A stretch of 64,000 nt of DNA, from NCBI RefSeq assembly GCF_006345805.1, contig NC_043003.1:37200001-37264000 (forward strand), read 5' to 3'. Below, in pieces: positions 37,524 through 50,483 of this stretch. How positions within the stretch are numbered: position 1 is the first letter of the stretch; each line of letters opens with the position of its first letter. Source of the stretch: Octopus sinensis. Taxonomy: Eukaryota. The notes under the pieces are model-generated. The model was not told the DNA's origin. It saw nothing but the letters and a program-made list of their open reading frames with translations, and did not search any database. The position numbers and the translations under genes were made by a program.

Positions 37524-37563
<40 letters not shown>

Positions 37564-37648
37564 TGTTCCTTCGTGAATGTATGTTTATGTGTGTATGTGT
37601 ATGTGTAGATATATATGTCTATCGGCATGAACATTTGTACTGATATAG

Positions 37649-37742
<94 letters not shown>

Positions 37743-37950
37743 TACCTACCTACCTACATACATACATATACATGTAAATGAATATGTATGCATATATGGT
37801 GCGTGTGTATATGTGTGTGATATAGATGGAGGAAATTTGTGCATATATAAACAATTGCAATCTGATTTGTTTTCTTTTTACCTTTTCTTTCTCTCTCACT
37901 ATATGTGAGTGCCTATGTCTGTGTGGATGATGTATATATGGCGTATATAT

Positions 37951-37982
<32 letters not shown>

Positions 37983-38702
37983 GTATGTATGTATGTATAC
38001 ATATATACACACATATACATGCAAATATATACATATACATATATACACACATCTATATACATATGTACATACATAAATACACACATATGCGCAGTCTTTC
38101 AAATATGTTACACATAATAAAGTGAACATATTCTTTTTGTTCATCGACATTTATATTATTTATATTCATATTCAATGAGTAATCTCTATACAGTTATCTC
38201 ATGAATATATATTTGAATTAGTTACATATTTTTGACCTCTTGACCTTCGTTTAGGCAGGCAATAAAATACGATGGACCAACTAACACAAAAGTTTCCAAC
38301 AGGGGACCAAGCAATTTTATTTTCAACCTGTAAATAGATTGTATTGCCCGCAAGGTATTTGCAGCCAAAAACTTTCAGAAACTTCGATTACTTGCTAGCG
38401 GTAATAGGCCAGCGAAATAGAAATAAGATATAGTTATAAAGTTGGAGTTATTATAATCTGTCTTTCAAACAACTAAGTCTACGGTTATAAAATAGGAAAT
38501 TTGATTTCGAACTTGTTCAGGAATAGAACATATACATACATACATACATACATACTTACATACATATATACATAATATATATATATATATTATATAATAT
38601 ATATATATATATATTATATATATATACTATTATATATATACATATACACATACACACACACACACACACAACATATATATATATATAATATATATATATA
38701 TA

Positions 38703-38802
38703 NNNNNNNNNNNNNNNNNNNNNNNNNNNNNNNNNNNNNNNNNNNNNNNNNNNNNNNNNNNNNNNNNNNNNNNNNNNNNNNNNNNNNNNNNNNNNNNNNN
38801 NN
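38703..38802. other. Assembly gap (100 N); a SINE head 2 fragment abuts it at 38803-38843 on the minus strand
   Basis: Directly visible. Confidence 1.
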
Positions 38803-38845
38803 ATGAGTTGCAACACCCTAAACCACTAAGCCAGGCGCTCCATGT

Positions 38846-38917
<72 letters not shown>

Positions 38918-40167
38918 GTGTGTATACACTTATAGAGAGGGAGAGATTTAATCAAAAGGAATCCATAAAGAATCCAAGCTTTTCAAAATGAAGCATGTCG
39001 CAGTTATTGATTCGCAAATCAGAGAGTTAAATAATCAACCGTCATAACAATTAATGCATTGATGAAGTGAAGTTCACCCTTGTTTGCTAATTCACAAGTC
39101 CTGTAGTATCCAAAGACGAATAGGACCTTAAGAGCGGCCGTAAAACGTTAAAAACAGACGAATGAGTCATCTAGTATTCCTACAATTGTTTCATTAAGAG
39201 TATGTTGTGACATTAACATTGTACAGTCAGGTACGTAGTATGCACAACATCAAAGCGACTATGTTATACATTACACAACTCTCATCTTATCAGTTTTACC
39301 AAATAAACATGCAAGCAGGGGCATGTAGATTAATCAACATGTAGATCATTAAGAAGTGAAATTACTAATCAGCATTACCAACATTTAAAGAATCTAAAGT
39401 GAGTGGTAGGACTACAACGTGCCAATCACGAGGGTGGATAGCAGAATGATGTTGCAAATTAGTGAATAGCAAAAAGGCATTTTTATTTTAACGATATCAT
39501 TAAACTTAGCCACATCGCTCGTAAAGGCAGGTTCGGGCAAAACAGTCTTGTATACCAGCCGATTGCAGGCGCCAAGCTTGACATTTAACCCTGTCAAACA
39601 TATTTTAAGCCAGATACCGAGATTGTTCTCAAAATACAAGGATTTATTATGTTATACTATTTAGTACATTAAGGAGTGACACGGTTAATAAATTCCAGCG
39701 TTACATATTCATTTACTAAATTCATCTTGATTAATCTTATTTTCTTTCTATTAAAGTATTTATAGGTTATGATTGCTGGCACTGTCATTATGACTATCTC
39801 TATGTATTTATCACTTTCTTTACCTTTTCTGTCCTCTCCTTCTTTTCCCTTCCTCTCCTCTGAAATTTCATAGAAACCGCTATTCACTGCATTTTTCTTT
39901 CAGTTATCTTCCTTGACTTACAATTAGATGAATCTCCCTTAATTAATGCCAATATTCCATTGGTTCTGCAGTAATATATCGGTACACTTTAAACAAGGTG
40001 AATTAATTAAATGAATAAGTAAATATGGAATATATTAACCATGTACCTCCTTTATGTACTAAACAATAAAAACAGTAAATACCTTTTTAGAACAATGTTG
40101 GTATTTGCCTTAAAACATGTTCGATACGGTCAAATGTCCGAATCTTTAACTCTAATTTCTACATCAG

Positions 40168-40222
40168 CGTTTGGCAATGCAGAAGAAGAAAGGCGGCTGC
40201 ATGACCGATCTTCATCGAGCAG
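40168..40222 (+). CDS. Candidate 55-nt exon (RLAMQKKKGGCMTDLHRA or FGNAEEERRLHDRSSSS)
   Basis: Acceptor CTCTAATTTCTACATCAG| and consensus donor CAG|GTAAGT in repeat-poor sequence. No homology recognised. Confidence 0.3.
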
Positions 40223-40795
40223 GTAAGTAAGCAGAAGGACAGACAAGCAATAACAGACCTAAGGAAAGTATTTATATGAAATGCTTCATATAAAAATTAC
40301 ATGATGTAATAAAATCTTATCTTTACAACTGTTTCGAATAATCGCCGACTGGGTTGATATAACCTTTCATATTATGCAAGGAATTCCAATACTGAATACT
40401 TATTGTAGGTGTACATAAAAGCAAAGGAAAAATTTCTACGAGCACGGATTTTCCGAGATCCGTGTTGCAAAGTCACGATAACCTCATCAGAAGAACCGAG
40501 CAAATGGCTTGAGGAGATAATGTCTATAGATATATTTATAAGTTCTATAAACTAAAGACATGGATAAAAGTAGAGGATAAGGTTATAGCGATAGGTGTGT
40601 AAAGGTATGGAGAGAGGAGAGAAAGAGTTAGGTGGGGTATCATAGGGTGAGTATATATGTATATATATATATATATATATGGTATTGCCCAGGTATCGAA
40701 ATCATTGTGATATCCGCGGGGCAATTGATGATGGATTGTTGGTATGGCTATTATTGTATGTGGGGAATGTTATAAAACATCCATTTAATATATAT

Positions 40796-40905
<110 letters not shown>

Positions 40906-40951
40906 GAACAAATATATATACACAGATATACATATACATATATATACATAT

Positions 40952-41008
<57 letters not shown>

Positions 41009-41808
41009 ATATATATAAATATATTAATCGGTCGAACGAAATCTAATATACTCATGTTTTGAGTTCTACTTTTCATGTTTGTATCACCAAATCTGTGTGT
41101 GGGGGGGTTTTCTTTATACTTATATATATGTGCGTATGCATATATGCGTGCGTGTACGTATGTATCTTTGTATACGTGTATGTATGTGAACGTATATGTG
41201 CATCCGTCTGTGGTTCACGTTCCGTGTTTTAATATTGTTATTATATCAGCTTGCATGTACGAACGTGTGGTTGCGTTCATGCGACTATGTATATCTTTAT
41301 TGATACTACGTCTATGTAGCTAAGTAATAATTGGTTGCGTATCACTGACTCGTCTATTAACATTGACTCCTTCTCTCATTCCTTCACATCTTATTCCTTC
41401 TGTCAATCTATTGCTAGGTATTTCAATCACGCCATCAATATTTTATTGGTATTTCTAATGATGGACGTGTTAAATGCAGCTCTGTAGCATCCGACTAGGA
41501 CAAGTAGCATCACAGTAACCAGTTCAGTATTTCTCTATTCTGGTAGTAAAATCTTGAAAGATAAAATTTATTTTTCAGTCTTTAAACAGAGGTTCGATGA
41601 AATGGTTCCTGATTTGGGTAAAAGGTTACCATTTTTGAGGAGACAGTAGTAGGGGACTAGTACTTTCTTTTGCCGATACCGGAGGGATGAGGACTAAGTT
41701 GACGTCAGAATGTAAAGAGCGTGAAGAAATATCGATACATGACGCAGGAACATTGAATTCTAACTCAGCTCAAAGACACACAGTTTTACGGAGGAGACGA
41801 ATATAGAG

Positions 41809-42150
41809 CAGTGATTCTAAATCGGGATCCATATGACTACGGAGGCCTATATAGGATTTTTTGTGGGGTCTACTGAAACAAAATAGTAAATTGGTGATTC
41901 ACAGTAGAAGGTTAAGGGTCCATGAAAAAGTTTTTTCTTTAAATATTACTGCAAGATTATTTTTCGGTCATTGAAACATGTTCTGTCAGTGAGTACTGTT
42001 CCAAATCTACACAAGTGAATGGGTGAAAAACAAAATAGGAATTTTGAAAGAAGTATCTATAAAATTAGTTTTTAAACATCGAATGGCTATAGGGTCCACA
42101 AGAGTAAAATAGTAATCGAAGGGGGTCCATTTATACAAACGATTATATGC
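41809..42150. mobile_element. Possible hAT (Charlie-like) non-autonomous relic
   Basis: CAGTGATTCTAAATCGGG resembles the CAGTGGTTCTCAACC terminus, with internal GGGGTCCA motifs. The right end is decayed. Confidence 0.35.
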
Positions 42151-42251
42151 ACCCAATATTTCGTTGTTAGTATATGCTATTGATTCTGGAGGGCAGGTAG
42201 ATAAAGTTAACCCCGCATGATTTGAATTCCGAACCTGAAGTGATACACCTA

Positions 42252-42780
42252 AATACCCATTTCTTTACTGCCCACAAGGGGATAAACACAGAGAAGACAA
42301 ACAATGACAGACAAACAGATTAAGTTGGTTATATCGACCCCAGTGCGTAATTGGTACTTATTTAATCGACCCCGAAAGGATGAAAGGCAAAGTCGACTTT
42401 GTAGTTTAACGTTCTGACGCTCTTCTAAATTAAATATAGTTGTCCCTCGATTTATACGGTTCACTGGTTCCACAAATCATTGTGCATATTGAAATCGCGT
42501 AAAACGACGGAGTTATGTTTTGAACATAACGGCAGACAAAATACCTATTTCTTTACTACCTTCAAGGGGCTAAACACAGAGGGGACAAACAAGGACAGAC
42601 ACGCGGATTAAGCCGATTACATCGACCCCAGTGCGTAACTGGTACTTATTTAATCGACCCCGAAAGGATGAAAGGCAAAGTCGACTTCGGCGGAATTTGA
42701 ACTCAGAACGTAATGGCAGATGAAATACCGCTAAGCATTTCGCCCGGCGTGCTAACGTTTCTGCCAGCTCGCCGCCTTGA
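42252..42780 (-). mobile_element. SINE A monomer plus start of a second unit (42530-42780) and a 3' piece (42252-42400)
   Basis: Diagnostic blocks present, with the junction at about 42545. Confidence 0.9.
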
Positions 42781-43410
42781 TACCGCCTTGCATTTTTCAC
42801 GATGTTCTAAGTATTCTACTCACCCACACCCTTCGAGACACTGTTAAGTTCAAATGATGTTGACCTCTCACCTCGGGTCATCACTATTTCAGCAAACCTA
42901 TGATCAAAGACCTTCCGAGCATGACCATCTCATTTATTGTTGCTTTTTCTTTTCTTTTGTTTGCCTCCCCCCCCCCTATCCGCAGATATAATTTGTACAT
43001 GACCGCATTATCTAATGTATCCTTACCGCTTTTATGACAAAATGTAATTTGAGGGAGATTTTATTATGTTTTGACTGCATAACTGCTCCTTAATTCATTC
43101 ATATCAATATGATAAAGACTATGCAAGTTCAACCCAATACCGACTGAACTCTGACGAGAATAAAAATCGCAAGAAAGAGTCACATTTTGGCTGGGGAAAA
43201 AAACCTCATGAAAACAAAGACACAATTTGGAGTGGATGAAATCATTGACATCTTGCTCAGACTTTCTTCTAGTGGCTTCTTTTCCTGTATTTTCTCAGTA
43301 ATTTTTCTGGGAAAGTTTTTGACTGATTTTTCCACTACGTTGATATACTCCCTGAGACTTTTATCATATAACATTTTTCTCGGGCTTTTTTTACTGTTAT
43401 TTTTGGTGTA

Positions 43411-43760
43411 TGAGGCAGCGGTACAGGCATGGCTTTGTGATTAAGAGACTTGCTCTGCAATCATGTAATTTCGGGTTCAGCTCCACTGCACGGCCCTTTG
43501 GCCAGATGTCTTCTACTATAGGCCCGAATGCATCAATATCTTGTGAGTGAATTTGGTTGACGGAAACTGTGCGGGAGCCTGTAGTATATGTGCCTGTGTG
43601 CTCGTGCTTGTACGCGTGTATGCGTGTTGTGTGCTGGTGTTTGTTTCCCACCACCGTTTGACAACCAGTGTTGGTTTGCTTACGTCCTCATCAACTAGAT
43701 TATCGGCATTAGAAATCGATTTAGTAAGGACAAGACTGGAAAGAATAAGTATAATCGTAT
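43411..43760 (+). mobile_element. Older SINE B
   Basis: GAGGCAGCGGTACAGGCATGGCT head; GTGAATTTGGTTGACGGAAACTG; TTGACAACCAGTGTTGG. Confidence 0.8.
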
Positions 43761-44799
43761 AGATAAAAATTTGGCTTTAAATAAATATACGCAGACATGG
43801 ATGTAGATCACAACTAATTCAAATGCTTCGTTATCGGTTGTTGTTCTTTTTTAAACTCTTTTACAGTTTTGCCCCAATTCGTCTCAGGTAGAGCGGACCT
43901 ATCTATTCATCTATCTTTCTATCTATTTATCTATATGTGTATGTTTGTGTGTGTGTTTCTATGCACACACATAAATTATATACACGTACAGACATATGTG
44001 TATGCGTGTGTGTTTGTGTGTATGTACGTATGTGTATGCTTACATGCATAGACATACAAACATACATGCACACATACACACACATACATACATACATACA
44101 CACATACATACACACATACATACACACATACATACAGACAGACAGACAGACATACAGACATGCATACATGATGCATTACCTGAATTCAACTATGTACATC
44201 CACTACAAAAAAAACGTATTGTTTATTAACTTCCCAATCTCCAACCTTTTTTCTTTTTCTTTCACTTCAGATAAAACTAATCCCACAGATTAAGAAGTTC
44301 CCAGAACTTCTTGCTAATGCCATGTCCTTATATGATCTTCTCATCACTAAATATAATATCCATACTTATTCACTCAGTCATCGCAACGAAGCAGCTTTCT
44401 AAAATGAAAGTGAAAGTTATAACATACCTTTTCTTATATTCCTATCATTTATTTGACGTATGGTGGCGGCAAGTGGATAGATATGAAATTATTTCTACTG
44501 GCGGGTAATAATATTCTCAGCGGTTTAATATAATTCTTTGAATATCCATCAATTTATAAGCCAGGAGAAAATGGCTGGTAAGCAAGTTGTTGTTGCTATT
44601 GAAACTCAGGTCAATTCTGGTCGACCAGAGCTAGGATTTAGTAAAAGGCATTTCAGGCTACATTATCTGACGTGTTGTTCCATTTTATGACAATATTATT
44701 CAATTTGAGGAGAATTTTGTTGCTATTTATAGTAAGTCGAACTACTGTGCAGACAATCCTCCGTTAGTTCGATGCATTTATCAATATATAAGCATGCAG

Positions 44800-45020
44800 T
44801 AAGGTGGCGAGCAGGCAGAATCGTTATCACGCTGAGTTAGATGCTTAGTAGCGGTATTTCGTCCATCTTAACGTTTTGAGTTCAAATTTCGCTAAGGTTG
44901 ACTTTGCCATTCATCCTTTCGAAGTCGAAGAAATAAGCAGCAGGTGAATACTTGAATCGATGTAATCGACTCTCCCATCGAACCTTGAAATTACTGGTCT
45001 TGTGCCAAAATTTGAAACCA
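44800..45020 (+). mobile_element. Older SINE A
   Basis: AAGGTGGCGAGCAGGCAGAATCGTT...GATGTAATCGACT...GGTCTTGTGCCAAAATTTGAAACC. Confidence 0.8.
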
Positions 45021-45239
45021 GTATATAATCATGCATGTATGAGCGTACATATGTTTGTATGTGTTTGTGTGTGTGTGTGTGTGAATGTATGTATGATTTT
45101 TTTAGGATTTATTTATGTGTTTTCATTTGGAGAATTCAAGCTGGTCGCTCACCAAGTGTCAAGGCTCTTTTTTTTTGTTTGTTTCAGTTAAGACAGCTGT
45201 TGGGAGTTTGTGATCGTCTGATCTATACTCTCTTTTACT

Positions 45240-46135
45240 CTCTTTTACTTGTTTCAGTCATTTGACTGCGGCCATGCTGGAGCACCGCCTTTAGTCGAGC
45301 AAATCTACCCCAGGACTTAATCTTTGTAAGCCTAGTACATATTCTATCGATCTCTTTTGCCGAACCGCTAAGTTATGGGGTGGGACAAACACAAACACAC
45401 AAACATATACACACACATACATGTAAATATATATACATATATACGACGGGCTTCTTTCAGTTTCCGTCTATCAAATCCACTCACAAGGCTTTGGTCGGCC
45501 CTAGGCTATAGTAGAAGACACTTGCCCAAGGAGTGGGACTGAACCCAAACTCATGTGGTTGGTATGTAAGCTACTTACCACACAGCCACTCCTGCGCCTA
45601 TATACCTATTTATGATTACAAACATACATATTTGTAATCATAAATAACTTGTATTTGTGTTGTGGATATTCGTTTTATTTATACAAGTGCCTGCGCTTTA
45701 CAGCTTTTACAACTTTGTATACCAGTGTTTGTGCTTCACTCAAATCTTTTTATCTTTTTTTTTTTTTTGCTTGTTTCGGTCATTGGACTGCGACCATGTT
45801 GTTCCCCCCCACCCACCTTGAAGAGTTTTGATCGAACGAATCGACTGCATACTTCATTTTAAACCTGGTAATTATTCAATCGATCTCTTTTGCCGAATCG
45901 AAGACGTATCAAACCAATACCGGTTACCGGGCCATGGTACAGTATAAACACAAATACAATGACACACACACACATATATGTGCATATATATATATATACC
46001 AAATCCACTCGCAAGGCTTTGGTCGGCCCGAGACTATAAAAGAAGACACTTGTCCAGGTGCCACACAATGGGACTGAATCACGAGCCGTGTGGTTCCAAA
46101 GTAACCTTTTTACCACACAGTCACGCCTGTGCCTT
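45240..46135 (-). mobile_element. Two SINE B copies (45240-45598 and 45765-46135)
   Basis: Homology to 33388-33790. Confidence 0.88.
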
Positions 46136-46299
46136 ATATGTATGTGTGTATGTATGTGTGTATGTATGTATGTATGTATGTATGTATGTATGTATGTATG
46201 TATGTATGTATGTATGTATGTATGAATATATATATACCATATGATAAACTGCCAATGAAATTGATAATTATATATATATATATATATATAGAATTCATA

Positions 46300-46821
46300 A
46301 AAAATAAACCAAAGACGAAGGCAGGTGGTATAGACAACGAACAGATGTATTAGTTTAAAGCTCGGGAAGTGAAAAGGTATTTAACGTTTCGAACCTAAGC
46401 CATTCCACAGAAAGGAATACAAAAGGAAACAGGGAGAGAAATTAAAGAATGTGTAGTGACTAGCGATCTATCATGGCGAATATATATATATATATATAAA
46501 ATATGAATTAGAGATGAAACCACTATTATGCAACTCAAACAGTGATAGATATAAACTAATACATAAATAACAAATAATATAAATATAATTAATATAATAT
46601 ATAATTTTTTTTTTCGAAAAGTATAAAAAGAATGATAAATATAATATAAAACACTTGTCCAGGTGCCACACAATGGGACTGAATCCGGAGCATATTGCAT
46701 AATAGTGGTTTTATCTCTAATTCATATTTTATATATTTATACTGTGAAATTTGATTTAATACTAAATTGAATTTTCCCTGTAAGTTTGGAGCTATACTCC
46801 CTAATATTATTATATATATTA

Positions 46822-46889
<68 letters not shown>

Positions 46890-46930
46890 GTAATATGCCC
46901 TCTATACAATATAGATATAATTAATTTGTT
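46300..46930. mobile_element. Mosaic of PLE pLTR-type fragments with a 32-bp inverted repeat (46501-32 / 46697-728)
   Basis: 46300-46480 is an antisense homologue of 11530-11760. ATATGAATTAGAGATGAAACCACTATTATGCA is inverted at 31/32 identity. Confidence 0.6.
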
Positions 46931-47041
46931 CAAAAGAAAAAAATTATTTTCGAATTCTTTTCTTTATATGTTTTCACGCTAGCTACCCGATAATTTCTTG
47001 TTAAGATCCCTTATTAAGAGATTATCCTTAATTGTTAAACT

Positions 47042-47072
<31 letters not shown>

Positions 47073-47314
47073 GCAAGGGTATGTAATACAATGTGAAACC
47101 ACCCTTTAATTCTCCCAAAAAAATTCCGTGACAAGGATATAGTGTTTGTCAAAGAATACACCAGAGGGAAATCATTGAACCGATGGCGCAAAGAAGGTTA
47201 TATACATGTCTTTCTGATGGAATTCCATGCTAAGACTTAATAACTTATTTTACAACTTTCAATATTTTTTTTTCTTTTTTCGTTCCTTTATGTTTTCAGT
47301 TATATATCATTTAT

Positions 47315-47510
47315 CTTGTACTTGTTTCTGTCATCGGATGCAGCCATGCTGAAGTACTGCCTCGGAGGGTTTAGTAGAACAAATCGATCTCCAGTACTTA
47401 TTTCTTGAAGTTTGGTACTTACCAAATCGGTTTCTTTTGCAGAATTGCTGGCTACTGGGACGTAAACAAACCAACAAATATTGTCAACATGCGTTGGGGA
47501 CAAACACAAT
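47315..47510 (-). mobile_element. Old SINE B 3' part
   Basis: TTGTTTCTGTCATCGGATGCAGCCATGCTG...GGACGTAAACAAACC. Confidence 0.7.
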
Positions 47511-47529
47511 CACACACGCATACACACTC

Positions 47530-47568
<39 letters not shown>

Positions 47569-47626
47569 GCACGCACAAACACATATATTTGTGTGTATAG
47601 ACAGAGAGACAGACAGACAGACAGAC

Positions 47627-47676
<50 letters not shown>

Positions 47677-47861
47677 GTAGGTAGGTAGGTAGGTAGGTAG
47701 GTAGGTAGGTAGGTAGGTAGGTAGGTAGGTATGTCTATGAGTATATATGTATATATATATACATACGCACACACGGACACATATATATATATATATGTTG
47801 TGTGTGTATGTATGTATGTATGTATGTATGTATGTATGTATTGTATGTATGTATGTATATA

Positions 47862-49170
47862 CTAGCAAACGCACCCATCTTTTGGACGGTGTAATTTATT
47901 ATAATGGCGCATTCCTTTAGATGGTTTAAGTTGAATTAGCCCGCAGTTAGAAGTTGTTTCAAGTTGACAAACGTAAAACGTATAATTACGAATTTCGTTA
48001 GCAGTTTATCATTAAGCAACCTAGGTAAAAAATTAATTTTTGTGAACACAAAGTTGGCAGTTGGTATTAAATGAAAGTCCATGAAATGAGATCGCAATTT
48101 CAGTACGCATTAGGGACTCTATATCTTACCTGAAGCATTTTATAGCATGTAGTTATTTTACTCGTAATGCCTGATACAACCGCATTGAAACTTTTTTTTT
48201 TCAATGAAAGCCATGTATGATAAACAAAAGCAAACATATATAGCAAACACACAAATAGAATAAATGTCAGAGCACGCTTATGAGCGAGCAGCATGCGTGA
48301 CGTAAGAAGGGTCATTGAAGGTAATGTACTGCCAACAGCAATCACGGAAATGAAGCAAAATATCAATGAAATGCTTGTAAGATGTATGATTGCTAACGGC
48401 TACAGTTTGGTGTAAATGTGAAGATTGCAGTAGAATAGTAACTGCGGGGTTGCTTTGTAGATGACATTTTTGGTTTTTTCCTTCGGGAGCATAGAAGAAT
48501 AAATTGCCTGGATTGCCAACTCAGGAACAACCGACGTATAACTGTCCATGTGAAAGCATGACGTTCGAAGGTCTAATCCAACAACTTTCAGCGATTGACC
48601 TTGTTTTTTTTGTTAATTGTTATGGCGAAGCTGAGTTTGAGAGGGAACTGAAGTTTCCGCATATGGTAGGGACAGTCTGTTGGAGTTAGCGGAATTTTCA
48701 GAATAAAAACGCTATCGTTTTTGCCGTGCCCTGTGATAATTTGGGCTTCAATGACGTTGCCCATCATTTGTTTGACCACAAAGCGAGTTCCATTGCATAG
48801 TGTGCGTGCGTTTATATTGCGCAGGAGGATGACAGGGCAACTGACTTTTAAATGAAATTCATGGGGAGGGAGTCCTGGAGGATGTTGGAAGTTGAGAAAT
48901 TCTTTTGGAAAGTAACCTGATCGAAGTCGGACGTTGGAAATCAACGTCTCTACACGACGTTCTTGAGAAGTTCTCTTATGAGAAAGAGATAGTTAAGTTA
49001 AGAGTGGTGACAGATGCATTTGTAGGTGCAAGAACAAGCCAGTGCAAACGTGCAAATATCGGCAGTTTGCAGTGAATGGGCATTGTAAAAACTGTATAAC
49101 TGTCACAACTTTGTATGAGTAAAAGCAGATAATATATATAATATGGATTAATTTCTGAAAGCATTTAAAT
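47862..49170 (-). mobile_element. Helitron 3' portion with a PIF1-like helicase relic (about 48440-49060)
   Basis: LAPTNASV, PKEFLN..PPGLPPHEFHLKVSCPVILLRNIN..LCNGTRFVV, QFPLKLSFAITINK, HGQLYVGCS. The 3' end is CTAG followed by T, with a hairpin CACCGTC-CAAAA-GATGGGTG 6-26 nt upstream. The 5' end was not found. Confidence 0.9.
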
Positions 49171-49676
49171 AATAATTAAAAGTTGATTTAAACTGTATGG
49201 CTATCTCAAAGAAGTGCTAATGAGCAAATATTGGTGGTTTGCAGTGAATGGACATCGTAAAAATTGTAGTAGAAGACGGAGTGGAAGTAGCATAACTACA
49301 GACGGGGTGAAAGTAGCATAGCTACATCATTAAGAGAAATATCCCTTGAAGCAACGATCGTTGGTATCTGTTATTTACCTATAAGAAGGTGTTTTCGTCC
49401 CCTATGGGCGGCATTGCTCATGATGTGGAAAATCTGAAGAGTCTATGACCATCTCTTGAACATAAATGATGTATGTTCTCAGCGTGAACGAAATCGGATG
49501 GAAAATATTGATTTTAAGTGGGATCGAGAAAGGGGCCTGTACACACACATACACACACACACGCACATCTTCCGTTTTATTATATATAAGATATGTGTGT
49601 GTGTATTGTGTTTACTTTTGTGTGATGTGGTGAATGTAGATCATATGTAATACGCTGTAATAGTAGACATTTATTT

Positions 49677-49900
49677 AAGGTGGTGAGCAGGCAGAATCGT
49701 TAAGCACGCCAGGCAAAATGCTTAGCGCCATTTCGCCCATCTTTACCCCCAGAGTTCAAACTCCGCCGAGACCGACTTTGCCTTTCACCCCTTTAGGAGG
49801 CGATAAAATAAGTACAAGTTGAGTACTGGAGTCGATGTAATCGACTTATCCCCTCGCCCGGGCTTGCTGGCCTTGTGCACAAATTTAAAACCAATATTAC
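49677..49900 (+). mobile_element. Older SINE A
   Basis: Diagnostic blocks. Confidence 0.8.
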
Positions 49901-49997
49901 ACAATCATTTATAATCATGATGTATATGAACCATGTATTGTTAAAACGATCGTAACGAAGGAATGTAATACCATCATCTACATCCTAGGAGTTACCT

Positions 49998-50077
<80 letters not shown>

Positions 50078-50101
50078 CGTGCATGTATCCATGTCTATTT
50101 A

Positions 50102-50483
50102 GGAGGCGCAATGGCCCAGTGGTTAGGGCAGCGGACTCGCTGTCGTAGGATCGCGGTTTCGATTCCCAGACCGGGCGTTGTGAGTGTTTATTGAGCGAAA
50201 ACACCTAAAGCTCCACGAGGCTCCGGCAGGGCATGGTGGTGATCCCTGCTGTACTCTTTCACCACAACTTTCTCTCACTCTTTCTTCCTGTTTCTGTTGT
50301 ACCTGTATTTCAAAGGGCCGGCCTTGTCACTCTCTGTGTCACGCTGAATATCCCCGAGAACTACGTTAAGGGTACACGTGTCTGTGGAGTGCTCAGCCAC
50401 TTACACGTTAATTTCACGAGCAGGCTGTTCCGTTGGTCGGATCAACCGGAACCCTCATCGTCGTAACCGACGGAGTGCTTCCA
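50102..50483 (+). mobile_element. Young full-length tRNA-derived SINE (head 1, body 1, tail X) with a 13-bp TSD
   Basis: TSD CCATGTCTATTTA at 50089-101 and 50484-96. A box TGGCCCAGTGG and B box GGTTTCGATTCC. Confidence 0.93.

Larger units (their letters stand above)
35437..37525 (-). mobile_element. Penelope-like element with inverted 5' pLTR, truncated GIY-YIG ORF and 3' pLTR, interrupted by SINE A
   Basis: Arms at about 35437-36000 and about 36945-37525 are inverted copies, there is a partial extra copy at 36090-36225, and the coding relic lies at 36418-36800. Confidence 0.8.

Noticed and set aside
39400-39580. CCAAT and GGCGCCAA (E2F-like) motifs as a promoter
   Set aside because: Short motifs only, with no transcript anchor.
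40425-40495. Minus-strand CTGATGA...GAAA
   Set aside because: A competing 7-bp hairpin (CACGGAT/ATCCGTG) sequesters GAAA, and there is no valid stem III or cleavage triplet.
43150-43185. CTGACGA...GAAAGAGTC
   Set aside because: Stems I-III cannot be formed.
43180-43444. Overlapping ORFs on both strands, one hydrophobic
   Set aside because: No splice support or family motif, and the length is expected by chance.
47085-47200. KFRDKDIVFVKEYTRGK..W, like an LTR integrase C-terminus
   Set aside because: It is too short and isolated to support a call.
50102-50175. tRNA-like sequences here and at other SINE heads
   Set aside because: They have A/B boxes but no complete cloverleaf, and they continue into SINE bodies with TSDs, so they are not tRNA genes.
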